Below, piece after piece: positions 9,201 through 19,443 of a DNA stretch of 64,000 nt. The stretch comes from Sedimentisphaerales bacterium (GTDB lineage Bacteria; Planctomycetota; Phycisphaerae; Sedimentisphaerales; SM23-30), in contig CAXXFK010000030.1 in assembly GCA_963663965.2 (NCBI GenBank), positions 128,001 to 192,000 of the forward strand, read 5' to 3'. The notes beneath the pieces were generated by a model, which was not told where the DNA came from, made no database searches, and saw only the letters and a program-made list of their open reading frames with translations. Within the stretch, counting starts at the first letter, position 1. Each line of letters starts with the position of its first letter. A program made the translations under genes and the position numbers.

Positions 9201-11489
9201 ATGAGTGAAAATCAACCCTCGACCGAATCGGCCGAAAAGACGGTGACGGAAACGGTCAAAAAAGATGAAATCCAGGAACCCAGTAACGAAACAACGACAA
9301 AACCCAAGACCAAACGACGTGGCCGCTATAAACGCAAGCCCAAAGCGGAAACGGTCGAAGAGAAAGCTGAAAAGAAACCGGTAGAAGCCGCGCCGGAGGC
9401 GACGGCGGAAAAGGACGCGGTGGCCAAGGAGCCGGAAAAGAAATTCGATCCGGCGGATGAAATTCCATCGTGGGATGATGACGATGAGCCGGCGCCGGTG
9501 GTGAAGGTGAAAGAGCCGGAAGTGGTGAAAGAACCAGTGGTGGAGAAAAAAGAAGCCAAGGCGGAGGAGCCGGTGAAAGCGGAGGAGCCGAAAGTGGCGG
9601 GTAAAGAACAGAACCGGGCCCAGACTAATCCAGCGGGGCGGAAGCATTCCCGGCCGGATTCAAGGGGCCGGTCGCGACGTCCGGAGCGGGGTGAGAAAAA
9701 GCCATCCGGTCCGGATGGGGCTGAGGAGAAAGTCCGCGAAGAAAAAGTCCGCGAAGAAAAAGCCCGCGAAGACAAAACGCGTGAAGATAAATCGCGCGAG
9801 GAGAAGGCTCCGCCGCAACGGCCGGGTGGTTATAATAATCAGCCGCAACGACAAAAAAGCGAGAATGGCCAGGCTCATCGCCGGCCGCAGGGCTCCAGGC
9901 CGGACCGATCGGCCAGGCCGGCAGCGGCGCCGAGTCCGGCGGCGAATAGCGGCGGATCGCTGCAACGGGAGATGCTGATCAATATTTCGCAGGGGGAAGA
10001 GTGCCGGATTGCCATTGTGGCGGATCACAAGCTGGATGAGCTGTATGTCGAGCGGCTGTCGACGGCGAGCGTGGTGGGGAATATCTACAAGGGCAAAGTG
10101 GTGAATATGGAGCCGAGTATCCAGGCGTGTTTTGTGGATTTCGGGATCGGGCAGAACGGATTTCTGCATATCAGCGATGTGATGCCGACCTATTTCAAGA
10201 ACGGCAAGCGGGAGTCGGAGCGGGTGGGCCAGAAGCGCCCGCGCGATCAGCGGCCGCCGATCCAGGATTGTTTCAAACGCGGGGATGAGGTGGTGGTGCA
10301 GGTGATCAAGGCGGGGATCGGGACCAAGGGCCCGACGCTGAGCACGTACCTGTCGATTCCGGGACGGTTTCTGGTGATGATGCCGGGGATGAACCGGACG
10401 GGGATTTCGCGCAAGATCGAAGATGACGAGACGCGGGACAAGATGCGGGAGTTGATCCGGCAGCTGGACCTGCCGCGGGACATGGGTTTTATTCTGCGGA
10501 CGGCGGCGCTGGGCAGCACCAAGCGGGATATCCGGGCGGATTACAGTTACCTGATGCGGCTGTGGAAGCGGATCGAGGAAAAGACGGAGAAGCAGGCGGC
10601 GCCGTGCGAATTGTACCAGGAATCGGATTTGATTTCGCGGACGCTGCGGGATGTGTTTAACAGTTCGATCAACCGGATTGTGTGCGATTCGGAATATTCA
10701 TGGAAGAAGGCGCGGGATTTTCTGGCGATTGCCATGCCGCGTTCGAAGCAGAAGGTGATCCGGCACGAAGGCAAGCAGCCGCTGTTCAGCAAGTACCGGA
10801 TCGAGCAGGAGATCGAGCAGATTCAGTCGCGGCATGTGCCGTTGAAGATCGGCGGGTCGATCGTGATCGATCAGACCGAGGCGATGGTGGCGATTGACGT
10901 GAACAGCGGGAAGTATCGCGTGCATGAGAACGCCGAGGAGACGGCGCTGAAGATCAATATGGAGGCGGCCAGCGAGATCGCGCGCCAGCTGCGGCTGCGC
11001 GACCTGGGCGGGGTGATCGTGATGGACTTTATCGATATGATGCAGGCGCGGAACCGGCGGGCGGTGGAAAAGGCGCTGCGGGACGCGGTGGCGGCGGACC
11101 GGGCCAGCACCAAGATCTTGCGGATGAGTCAGTTTGGTCTGATCGAAATGACGCGGCAGCGGATGAAGCCGTCGCTGAAACGGAGTATTTATATCGACTG
11201 TCCGCACTGCAAAGGGTCGGGGTTGATCAAGTCGCCGGAGAGCATGTCGATCGAGGTGATGCGCCGGCTGCAATTTACCATCGAGATGGAGACTATCCAG
11301 CAGATCGATATTTCGGTGTCGCTGGAGGTGGCGGGGTATTTGCAGAACCGCAAGCGGACCGCGATTGCCGCGCTGGAGAAGAAATATGACAAGGGGATCT
11401 TTATCAACGCCAATCCGGATATCAGCAACGATGAGGTGCGTTTCCACGCGCATGACCGGCGGGGGATCGAGGTGCCGATCGATTTTTGA
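9201..11489 (+). CDS. rne: Ribonuclease E/G family with a ~255-aa N-terminal low-complexity extension
   Basis: GNIYKGKV S1 domain, GFLHISD, AIDVNSG, RLRDLGGVIVMDFIDM and CPHCKGSG zinc link. Confidence 0.93.
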   Translation: MSENQPSTESAEKTVTETVKKDEIQEPSNETTTKPKTKRRGRYKRKPKAETVEEKAEKKPVEAAPEATAEKDAVAKEPEKKFDPADEIPSWDDDDEPAPVVKVKEPEVVKEPVVEKKEAKAEEPVKAEEPKVAGKEQNRAQTNPAGRKHSRPDSRGRSRRPERGEKKPSGPDGAEEKVREEKVREEKAREDKTREDKSREEKAPPQRPGGYNNQPQRQKSENGQAHRRPQGSRPDRSARPAAAPSPAANSGGSLQREMLINISQGEECRIAIVADHKLDELYVERLSTASVVGNIYKGKVVNMEPSIQACFVDFGIGQNGFLHISDVMPTYFKNGKRESERVGQKRPRDQRPPIQDCFKRGDEVVVQVIKAGIGTKGPTLSTYLSIPGRFLVMMPGMNRTGISRKIEDDETRDKMRELIRQLDLPRDMGFILRTAALGSTKRDIRADYSYLMRLWKRIEEKTEKQAAPCELYQESDLISRTLRDVFNSSINRIVCDSEYSWKKARDFLAIAMPRSKQKVIRHEGKQPLFSKYRIEQEIEQIQSRHVPLKIGGSIVIDQTEAMVAIDVNSGKYRVHENAEETALKINMEAASEIARQLRLRDLGGVIVMDFIDMMQARNRRAVEKALRDAVAADRASTKILRMSQFGLIEMTRQRMKPSLKRSIYIDCPHCKGSGLIKSPESMSIEVMRRLQFTIEMETIQQIDISVSLEVAGYLQNRKRTAIAALEKKYDKGIFINANPDISNDEVRFHAHDRRGIEVPIDF

Positions 11490-11529
11490 TATGGGGTAGT
11501 GGACCGGCTGGCTGAGTTGTAATTGGACT

Positions 11530-11775
11530 CAACAGCCGGGTTGGTGCGAAGGCGCGAAACCGCAACCAAAGAAAAGATATTTCACACGAAGGCACGAAGA
11601 AAAACAGCCGAACCACGAATCCCGATGAATCGGGACGAATTAACACCAATAAAATTAATAACGGCCATTTAAGCTATGGAGGTATTCTGCTTGCGGTGCA
11701 CACGAAGGGGCATGAAGATTTAATAAAATATAACAGCCTTTCAAACCACGGAATACACGGAATACACGGAAAAAA
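11530..11775 (+). repeat. Triplet repeat unit cluster
   Basis: cacacgaaggcacgaag, aaccacgaat-cccgatgaatcggg-acgaat, cacgaaggggcatgaag and tataacagcc...accacggaatacacggaatacacggaa. Confidence 0.8.
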
Positions 11776-11885
11776 GAAAATAAGAAGATGATATTGGCAG
11801 GGAAGTTTTACGCCTTAATTGTATGGGGAGAGATGCTGGTGTGAGAGGGTGGTTGTGCCTGTTTTTATGAAAGGGGGAACCGGTT

Positions 11886-12262
11886 ATGAGTGAGATGAAT
11901 TTGAGGAGGAGAGTTTTAAGATTCGGGGCGCTGTTTTTGAAGTGTATCGGGAGATGGGGTGTGGATTTCTGGAGGCGGTCTATCAGGAATGTCTGGGGAT
12001 GGAATTTGACAGCCGGGGAATTCCGGCGCTGGCGAAACGGGAGCTGGTCTTGCATTTTAAAGGGAATCGACTGGAACAACGATATCAGCCGGATTTTGTG
12101 TGTTATGACCGGATTATAGTCGAGTTGAAGGCGGTGAACGAACTGGCGGATGAACACCGGGCACAAGTTCATAATTATCTGAAAGCGGCGAAACTGGAAT
12201 TGGGATTGCTGGTTAACTTTGGACATTATCCCAAGGCTCAGGTGGAAAGGATTGTCCGGTGA
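11886..12262 (+). pseudogene. GxxExxY (PD-(D/E)XK-like) protein with an apparent frameshift just after the start
   Basis: GCGFLEAVYQE...PDFVCYDRIIVELKA...AQVHNYLK...GLLVNFG. The conserved FEEESFKIRGAVFEVY is out of frame with ATG 11886 and is preceded by an in-frame TGA at 11891. Confidence 0.75.
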
Positions 12263-12390
12263 AAGGGTAAACGGCCGGGTTGGCTGCGGAATGCCTGGGG
12301 CGGTCTGGCTGCCACAAAGGGGGAATATCTTACATGAAGGCGCGAGGGAAAACTGCTTTTGACAGGAGATGAGAAAAGGGAAAAGGCATA

Positions 12391-12525
12391 AAATATAACA
12401 GCCGGGTTGACCACGGAATACACGGAATACACGGAAAAAGAAATAAAGGAAGTGGTATTGGCGGGGAGGTTTTGCGCTTTAATTGTATTGGAGGGGGTGA
12501 TAGTGGTTCGAGAGAGTTGGGTGTA
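12391..12525 (+). repeat. Imperfect ~135-bp direct repeat of 11726-11860
   Basis: Shared aaatataacagcc, accacggaatacacggaatacacggaaaaa, tattggc.ggga.gtttt.cgc.ttaattgtat. Confidence 0.8.
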
Positions 12526-12632
12526 AGTTTTTGTCTGGCAGGGGATTAAAAAAAAATTGCATGTTCGATCTTTCCCAAAGGCATCCGCCAGAAAAAAGGA
12601 GTCCGCAGATGACACAGATGCACGCAGATCAT

Positions 12633-12689
12633 ATGAACAGTGACCCGCAAACTTACGCCGTGATCGGTGCGGCTGAATCTGGCAACTAG
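12633..12689 (+). pseudogene. N-terminal stub of a second GxxExxY-type gene
   Basis: MNSDPQTYAVIGAA then divergence and a stop. Preceded by the ccgcagatgacacagatgcacgcagat triplet unit. Confidence 0.55.
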
Positions 12690-12716
12690 CTGTGCGATAA
12701 ATGTAGCATTTATTTA

Positions 12717-14544
12717 GAGCCTGTCCGCAATTCTTGGATTTTGTGAGCCGCGGTTTTGGGAGGACTGATTTTGAATCGTATCATCAGTAGATGACGGCTG
12801 GTGTCCAGGTTATTTTCGTTCAGCGGGTGATTTTCCGATTTCTGCGCATAGTAGCCCCATAAACAGGGCAAGCCGGGGTGGTTTTAAGCCACTTTTTGTC
12901 GTTCTTTTTCCCGTTCTTCCTCTTGAGCCAGCTTAATTCTGGCCAATACCCAGAGGTTGTGCGATAAAATGCTCAGGCCCATATGGACTTGGCGGTGATC
13001 AAAGCCTTTTTGTTTCATGGGCGCCCCGCAAAAACCATGGCTCAGGATGCTGATTCGGGCTTCGGTCTGACTGCGGCGAGTCTGAGCCTGCCGGAACGGC
13101 TCTTCCTGAAGCCTTTCCTTCAGCAAGGCCGGGCTGAGCGGACAAACCGCATTAAAAATATCGTGACTTTCCATGTATTGGCGATTCCCGGCGCTGTCGA
13201 AGCCCCGATCGCCGGCCAACAGCTTGACTTGATTACCAAGCTTCTCTTCCATACGCCGGTGGCTGGCTTTAAGCATTTTTTCATCGCTGGGACCTTGCTG
13301 ACGAAATAACTTCCAGTCCATGATTAAGCCATTGGATTGTTCGGCCAGATAAAGTTGGTTGCCAAATTCCGTCTCCGCGCCGGCCTTGCGGCGCACGATC
13401 ACATGGATATCCGGCTCGTAAAGGCTCAAGATCTTGTCTGGATTGGCAACCTTGCGTTCGCCGATCATGCGTTCGTGAGCCTGCCTGACCACGGCGGCCA
13501 ACTGACAGGTCACGCCGGTAATCTGTTTGACGATTTGCCGGACGGAACCGAGAGCGATATCGGCCTTTTTCCAGTGGTTTTCCAGGTTTTTCAGATGATT
13601 TTCCGCATGATTCAAGACCCGCCGGATCAGTTTTTTCATCTTTCGCAAAACCGCTTTACGCAGTTTTTTCGCGCCCTTTTTGCGGTTAACATAGGTCATC
13701 TCCATGCAGAGCTTATTCATGTTTGAAATAAACTTAGCCGGCTCGCAAGGCATGCGACACAGGATCCCGGCTTTACGAATACGGGCCGTCGCCTTCATCA
13801 AGGTACGGGTCGCATCTCTAAACAGCAGCCAGTCGATCGGATAATGAATGTGGGCGCCAATGCAGGTACAGTCAAAATAAGCCTGACTGAAATCCAGGGG
13901 GGCCTCCAAAACAACCGAACCCTGGGCCACTTGAAAAAACAGTTCTTCCGCCTGAGCGATTAACTGAGGCGAAAGCGCGTTTTCCAACTCGTTGATTCTG
14001 GTTTTGCCGGGGATCCGAGGCAGATCAAAGCGGTTAATGCCGCAAAACCACTGATACAGTTCGCTATGAGACAAGGCCACGGCAAATTTACGCAACGACA
14101 AACCCAGCCGCTTACGCAGGATCGACATCCGTAACGCCCAAACGGCCTGGGCACGAATATTCATGCGATCCGTATGGGTTAATTTAACCGGCGTGTCAGT
14201 GCCAAAGTGCTCGATGGCCATTTCAGCGTAAGCTTTGTCGAGAAAATACTGGAGAAACAACTGCTCCAGATCGCTGTGGCGGATGATCTGGTCCATGGCC
14301 AGCAACTGCTGGCGTTCCTGGCGATACTCCAGACAGCCAAATTCTTCCGGAATACCTTTGTCAAACAACTGCTGAACGGGTAAAATCTCTGGCATAGGTG
14401 TGTTCCCTTTTTTAAGGAAAAATGATTCGCAAAACATTTTATAACACACCTATTTTACGGTTTTGACCCAAAATAGCACGCTATAACTCCGACTCTTTTA
14501 CATAATCTTCTGAAATCTATAGGGTTAAAGCTACGGACAGGCTC
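12717..14544 (-). mobile_element. Insertion sequence, 1828 bp, ISNCY (ISDol1-like)/IS5-like DDE element
   Basis: Terminal inverted repeats GAGCCTGTCCG / CGGACAGGCTC. Direct repeat TATTTA at 12711-12716 and 14545-14550. Confidence 0.9.
12884..14395 (-). CDS. DDE transposase
   Basis: FDCTCIGAHIHYPIDW, KILSLYEPD...EFG, AGDRGF and RRSQTEARIS. Confidence 0.9.
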   Translation of the reverse strand: MPEILPVQQLFDKGIPEEFGCLEYRQERQQLLAMDQIIRHSDLEQLFLQYFLDKAYAEMAIEHFGTDTPVKLTHTDRMNIRAQAVWALRMSILRKRLGLSLRKFAVALSHSELYQWFCGINRFDLPRIPGKTRINELENALSPQLIAQAEELFFQVAQGSVVLEAPLDFSQAYFDCTCIGAHIHYPIDWLLFRDATRTLMKATARIRKAGILCRMPCEPAKFISNMNKLCMEMTYVNRKKGAKKLRKAVLRKMKKLIRRVLNHAENHLKNLENHWKKADIALGSVRQIVKQITGVTCQLAAVVRQAHERMIGERKVANPDKILSLYEPDIHVIVRRKAGAETEFGNQLYLAEQSNGLIMDWKLFRQQGPSDEKMLKASHRRMEEKLGNQVKLLAGDRGFDSAGNRQYMESHDIFNAVCPLSPALLKERLQEEPFRQAQTRRSQTEARISILSHGFCGAPMKQKGFDHRQVHMGLSILSHNLWVLARIKLAQEEEREKERQKVA

Positions 14545-14584
14545 TATTTATGCGCGGCTCCTAACGCTGCATTTCCCATCATAA

Positions 14585-14932
14585 TACAATTTCCGTAAAA
14601 AATTCACAAACCACCCCAGGGTCTTCTATTTCTGCCATACCGACCATCTGGGCTCCTCAGCCATCATGAGCGACCGCGCCGGGGCCCTTGTCAATCAATA
14701 TGGCTACCGGCCCTTCGGCGCCGATTGCTCCCCGGCCTTCTCCGGCCTGACCCTCTCGCAACGCTTCACCGGCCAGACTTACGATGAAGCCATCGGACTC
14801 TACTACTATCAATCCCGCTATTACGATCCGGCCATCGCCCGATTCATCCAGCCTGACTCGATTTTACCTTCCTTCGGTTCTCAGGGACTTAACCGCTACA
14901 GTTATTGCTACAACAATCCGCTTAAATATACA
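14585..14932 (+). pseudogene. Orphan RHS repeat-associated core fragment ending just before DPxG
   Basis: HTDHLGS...YGYRPFG...RFTGQTYD...LYYYQSRYYDP...RFIQPD...LNRYSYCYNNPLKYT. Confidence 0.85.
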
Positions 14933-14990
14933 GGGCGGTCAAGCCACAAGCAAGAAAATATATCTCACACGAAGGCACGAAGATACAAAG
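14930..14990 (+). repeat. Repeat unit nearly identical to 63761-63813
   Basis: acagggcggtcaagcc.caa.caagaaaatatatctcacacgaag.cacgaag in both places. Confidence 0.85.
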
Positions 14991-15020
14991 TGAAACAGTC
15001 AGGAAGGTGAACTGCGAATC

Positions 15021-18000
15021 TTATCTTAATGCAACATTTAAGACAAACATTTTGATATACAAACCGTTTTTAGATAAATCATTTGCTTGCTTTTCAAGAC
15101 CTGCTTTAAGGTCGTTTATCGCCCCCTTCTGACATGGCTTTGTCTTTTTTATATTATTCTTATTTCTACATGTTTGGTTATAACAAATTGAACAACCATA
15201 CCAACCCACTAGATATAAACCATATTGGCAAGAATTATCTTTTAAATAGCGATCGACCAATTGATTTTTCATTGCATTATAAATATCGGTATGCCAACAC
15301 CCCTTACATTCGATAATTACTTTTAAACTTGGTCTGTTATCCGTTGCCGGCAATTCAACAGTAATATCAAGATTCTCCCCGGGTCGATTTCCACGACCTT
15401 TTCGAATTTGAGGCTCTCTTGTTGTTATAATACGCTTTTTCAAATCATCATCCAGATGTCTCTTTATGTAATCTGAAAAAGTATTTTCATCTTTAGGACG
15501 ATATTTTTTCTGATCCATGTGATTCCAGAGATCAATCGCCGCAGGCGTTTCACCTTGAAGTTTTTGCTCTAGTTTTTCAAGCGATTCAAGAATTATATCC
15601 AACAATTCGCTTTCACATCTAATGTTTCTAATATCTGGAGACGACATCATTTGATAGAATTCGTGAATTGTTAGCGGTTCCCAGATATTACGTCTTGTAT
15701 TCTCTTTCGCTATTACTAGAGTTCTATTCAGCCATAAATACTCTGGAAACTCCAATTTGATAATTTCAATAGCTTTACACGCTTCAACAGATCCAATGTT
15801 TTTAAGGTAAGACAAAAGGTTATCTCGAAACTCAACAATACTATCGCGGCGTCCGACAAAATGGCTTTCATTAAGCCTGGGATTTTCGGAGGATGGGAAT
15901 TGTTTAACCATCCATATGTAGAGATTAGCTATTTCTGTTTCATTTAATAGGTGCGAAATATTTGTATTACCGTTACCTGAAACACACGCGTATTCCAGAA
16001 ATAATTCTTGACCAAAATTATTATCTCTATTTATTTCATGCCATAAAATATTCCAAGCGCCATTAACTTCACCGGTCATAAGAGCTATAGACGCCGCAAT
16101 TTTTTTGATCTTATCACTTTCTTCTTCCGATTGTAACACTGCCAGCGCTTTCACATAGTCTATTGCTGGTTGGTATTTTTGAACTAATAATAAAGATAAT
16201 ATATGGCAGATTGAACTACTTTGTTTTGAAGTGAACTTAAGTCGGCTAATACTTTGTAATACGGTCTCACACATATTATTGTCCCAGCAACCATCCAGTT
16301 TATCACACACATCATTATGGCGAGCATGATTAAAATCTACTTCTATTAGCAATTCTACATTTCGCAATAACGTTTTTGGGCATTTATGGTAAGCCATTGA
16401 CAACAATTTCTTTTTAATGTCAAGTTCTTTGTCTGAAAACGATATCCCTATTAAATATGGCACCCACTTTTCCCAAATATCAATATTCAGATCATCAAGA
16501 ATTTCTGGAGCATTTATTAACAGTGTTGCAAAGGCTTTGTTTGAAGAAATGTCTGTTATATGCCATTGATTAGGCTCATTGATCCATTTCATGGCATCAG
16601 GAAATTCTTTAATCAGAAATTGTTTAGCGGATTTAATAATTCTTTTTTTTGTTAAACAGTCTGCTTTAGTCCAGCCTGGCAACTCGGAAATATTTAACAA
16701 TGACCATTTTGCAGCATCATAGTTTTCATCAGTATCTTCAAGCGTTAAATCAAAGCATAGTTCATGCCATTTTTTATAATCACCGTTTTCTATAGCATTT
16801 AACCAATGCTTCACTCTATCTGCTGGAAGCCAATCGAGGGTTTGGGATGCAATATTTTTGTTTTGTTTTTCTTGCCATTTTTTATTTTCGATGAAATCCT
16901 CTCGATATTGTCGAGCTTTTTCAGAATTTAGATCAATCGGCATTAATCCTAAAGTATCACACAATTCACTTGACTCGTTGACTGCCTCTATAATCATATT
17001 ATTATACGATATGTTTTTGCGGTCATATTGAAATAATAATTGTTGTAATACTTTGCCCCATTTCTGTGAAAGCGGCAGATTAGTAGACTCTCGATAATTT
17101 TGTATTAACCATGGTATATCTTCAATTGCTATTAAATTTGGCATTCCATAAACCATCTGACCTGCTACTTGGAAAATTGAATCGATGTCACATAATTCAA
17201 CAATTCTCTTAACTAAAATTCGACTATTGACTCTGTTTTCAAATATTGCTTTATTACTTTCATAAACCTCCTTGCTTTCAATCAGAGATTCACGAATGAT
17301 CAATAGTGTAATGCAGAGATGGGCGAGAGAAGTTATCACATATTCATTGTCAATATTCCCAAAAGCTTTTAGCACTAAAGAGTCTTTGGTTCTGTTTAAT
17401 CTATCAGGAAAACGTTTTTCTATGTGATTTTGAAGCCATTTTATAGCACGTGGTAAATCGTTCGTTTCAAGATTTTCAACAAGCAAATTTTCTAAAAAAC
17501 TAGTATACGCAGAATAACTATAACGTTTACGTGGCAAATCCAAATATTTAAATAATTCTTCTGCTTCAATCAAATTCGGCCATAAAGACTCACATGCATA
17601 TCCTTTTAATGATTCTTCATCATCAGTATTAGTGTTTAGAAAAAGCAAAGGTTTCATTTTAATCTTGATATTGTCTTCTGCAACTTCACATATATAAGCT
17701 GCGGCAGCTATTCGTAATCGAATAGCTTCTTGATGATTAAGGGCAATATCAAGAATGGTTTGCTGTAAGCCTATTGTTCGACTAATGCATGCGATATGAA
17801 TCAGAGATTCTCTTACATAAATATCAAGCTGTTGGTTTTCTATATATGGTTTTAATTGATTGGACAAACCAGGATGGTTTATTTTCTTATAATCGACATA
17901 ATTTTGCCAACCGAATACATTAATTTTTCCACAGGCTAATAAGTCAATAATACCTTGGGCAAGACATTCAAGTTCAGCAATTGAATAATGACAGATATCT

Positions 18001-19262
18001 CCCTTAAGCAACACTTGAGGATCGTGAGTTGCAATATAATGAAAGGCATCTTTTCGATAACTAGCAATCCATGCGGCAACTTCAGTCAATTGAGGTATTA
18101 CTTTTATTTCTGAATCAAATTGAATGCAAAGTAAATTTTCGATTAATTTCAGCTTAATTTTGCTATCGACAATGTGCTTTGATGCCAAGTACTCTGCATA
18201 TCCTTGATGAACAAAACCCAACAAGTCATTACCCCTTAACGAGAATAATCCTGTCTGTAGCGTGTCATTTATCTCAGATCTTGAACAATTAACAACTGAA
18301 ATTAAATCTAAAACAGAAAGTTGATTGTTTTTTAATTGTTTTGCAGGCCCATCATAAAATTCAGATTTATTACATAATAGTGAAATAGCCGCAATTTTTG
18401 AAGCAATCTCCCGCTTTTTATATAAAGATGTTTTAGAATTAAGGCTATTGGATAGGTCTATCCAGCTTGGATTATATTCTTCACAGAGAATTTTACAGCC
18501 TTCTTCAAACAATTCTTTCTTAGTAGATGGAAATTTATTGTGATTTTGATACAAATTGATTAGAAAATTAAGCGTTAAAGGTTTAATTGCAAAAGGCACA
18601 ACCTCTATTTCCTCAATCCCTTTAAGGAACAAATCTGGATTTATATTGTTCGTTTCAGCAGCTTCTCGAACATCCTTTCTTCGTAATGGTGTAAGTTCAT
18701 AGATAGCATATCTATTGGTATCTACTGAATTATTCGTATTATTCCAAATCAAAGGGAGGCGATTATTAAATACAGTTGGCCAATCGGCCGAACGGCATAC
18801 AATTCTAAGTCTAAGACGAGATAGATGACTTTGGATAGCATTCAATTCATCGCAGATAATATTGGCTACTGTTGGAATATGAATTCTACATTCATCAAGG
18901 CTATCTAAAAACAGATCAAGAGTGTGATCGTTATTCAACCAGCTGATAAAATATTCTGAACGAAATATGTCATCGATCAATAATGAACTTTCACAGTATC
19001 GATTCAAATTAAAATTCATTATTTTTGAATTTGTATTTGATTGTGATCGGCATATATCTTCAATTGCTGTTGATTTTCCTATACCAGGTTCGCCGAGAAG
19101 TGCCAGACAGGGCATATTTGCAATCATTTCGTAAGAAACGATATCTGGATTAAAGAGTTTGAGACTGTCATTTTCAGGATCTGACATGAATCCATTATCG
19201 CCTAGATGAATTTGTCCTGTGTGAGGACACCAAAAACGTTTCCACTTATATTTTACCTTCAT
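15021..19262 (-). CDS. Large NACHT/STAND NTPase with a helical repeat region and a putative C-terminal PD-(D/E)XK nuclease
   Basis: Walker A GEPGIGKST, Walker B LFLDSLDE, VCR sensor, PLTL and FVHQGYAEYLA winged helix. C-terminal E...D...IIECKG. Much more AT-rich than the flanks. Confidence 0.8.
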   Translation of the reverse strand: MKVKYKWKRFWCPHTGQIHLGDNGFMSDPENDSLKLFNPDIVSYEMIANMPCLALLGEPGIGKSTAIEDICRSQSNTNSKIMNFNLNRYCESSLLIDDIFRSEYFISWLNNDHTLDLFLDSLDECRIHIPTVANIICDELNAIQSHLSRLRLRIVCRSADWPTVFNNRLPLIWNNTNNSVDTNRYAIYELTPLRRKDVREAAETNNINPDLFLKGIEEIEVVPFAIKPLTLNFLINLYQNHNKFPSTKKELFEEGCKILCEEYNPSWIDLSNSLNSKTSLYKKREIASKIAAISLLCNKSEFYDGPAKQLKNNQLSVLDLISVVNCSRSEINDTLQTGLFSLRGNDLLGFVHQGYAEYLASKHIVDSKIKLKLIENLLCIQFDSEIKVIPQLTEVAAWIASYRKDAFHYIATHDPQVLLKGDICHYSIAELECLAQGIIDLLACGKINVFGWQNYVDYKKINHPGLSNQLKPYIENQQLDIYVRESLIHIACISRTIGLQQTILDIALNHQEAIRLRIAAAAYICEVAEDNIKIKMKPLLFLNTNTDDEESLKGYACESLWPNLIEAEELFKYLDLPRKRYSYSAYTSFLENLLVENLETNDLPRAIKWLQNHIEKRFPDRLNRTKDSLVLKAFGNIDNEYVITSLAHLCITLLIIRESLIESKEVYESNKAIFENRVNSRILVKRIVELCDIDSIFQVAGQMVYGMPNLIAIEDIPWLIQNYRESTNLPLSQKWGKVLQQLLFQYDRKNISYNNMIIEAVNESSELCDTLGLMPIDLNSEKARQYREDFIENKKWQEKQNKNIASQTLDWLPADRVKHWLNAIENGDYKKWHELCFDLTLEDTDENYDAAKWSLLNISELPGWTKADCLTKKRIIKSAKQFLIKEFPDAMKWINEPNQWHITDISSNKAFATLLINAPEILDDLNIDIWEKWVPYLIGISFSDKELDIKKKLLSMAYHKCPKTLLRNVELLIEVDFNHARHNDVCDKLDGCWDNNMCETVLQSISRLKFTSKQSSSICHILSLLLVQKYQPAIDYVKALAVLQSEEESDKIKKIAASIALMTGEVNGAWNILWHEINRDNNFGQELFLEYACVSGNGNTNISHLLNETEIANLYIWMVKQFPSSENPRLNESHFVGRRDSIVEFRDNLLSYLKNIGSVEACKAIEIIKLEFPEYLWLNRTLVIAKENTRRNIWEPLTIHEFYQMMSSPDIRNIRCESELLDIILESLEKLEQKLQGETPAAIDLWNHMDQKKYRPKDENTFSDYIKRHLDDDLKKRIITTREPQIRKGRGNRPGENLDITVELPATDNRPSLKVIIECKGCWHTDIYNAMKNQLVDRYLKDNSCQYGLYLVGWYGCSICYNQTCRNKNNIKKTKPCQKGAINDLKAGLEKQANDLSKNGLYIKMFVLNVALR

Positions 19263-19443
19263 ATTTCTCACAATATCATTAAACTCCTATGTTCCAATTC
19301 AATATTCATCCTTCATAAACTAAGTGCTCGGTGGATGCCATGTTGACGAATGGGCGGAGTATGTTGGGATCAAGATCAATAATGTTTGAAGTATCAATGC
19401 CTTTTTTTACAGAGAAAGTCTTATACTTAGTCTTTTGGCAAAT

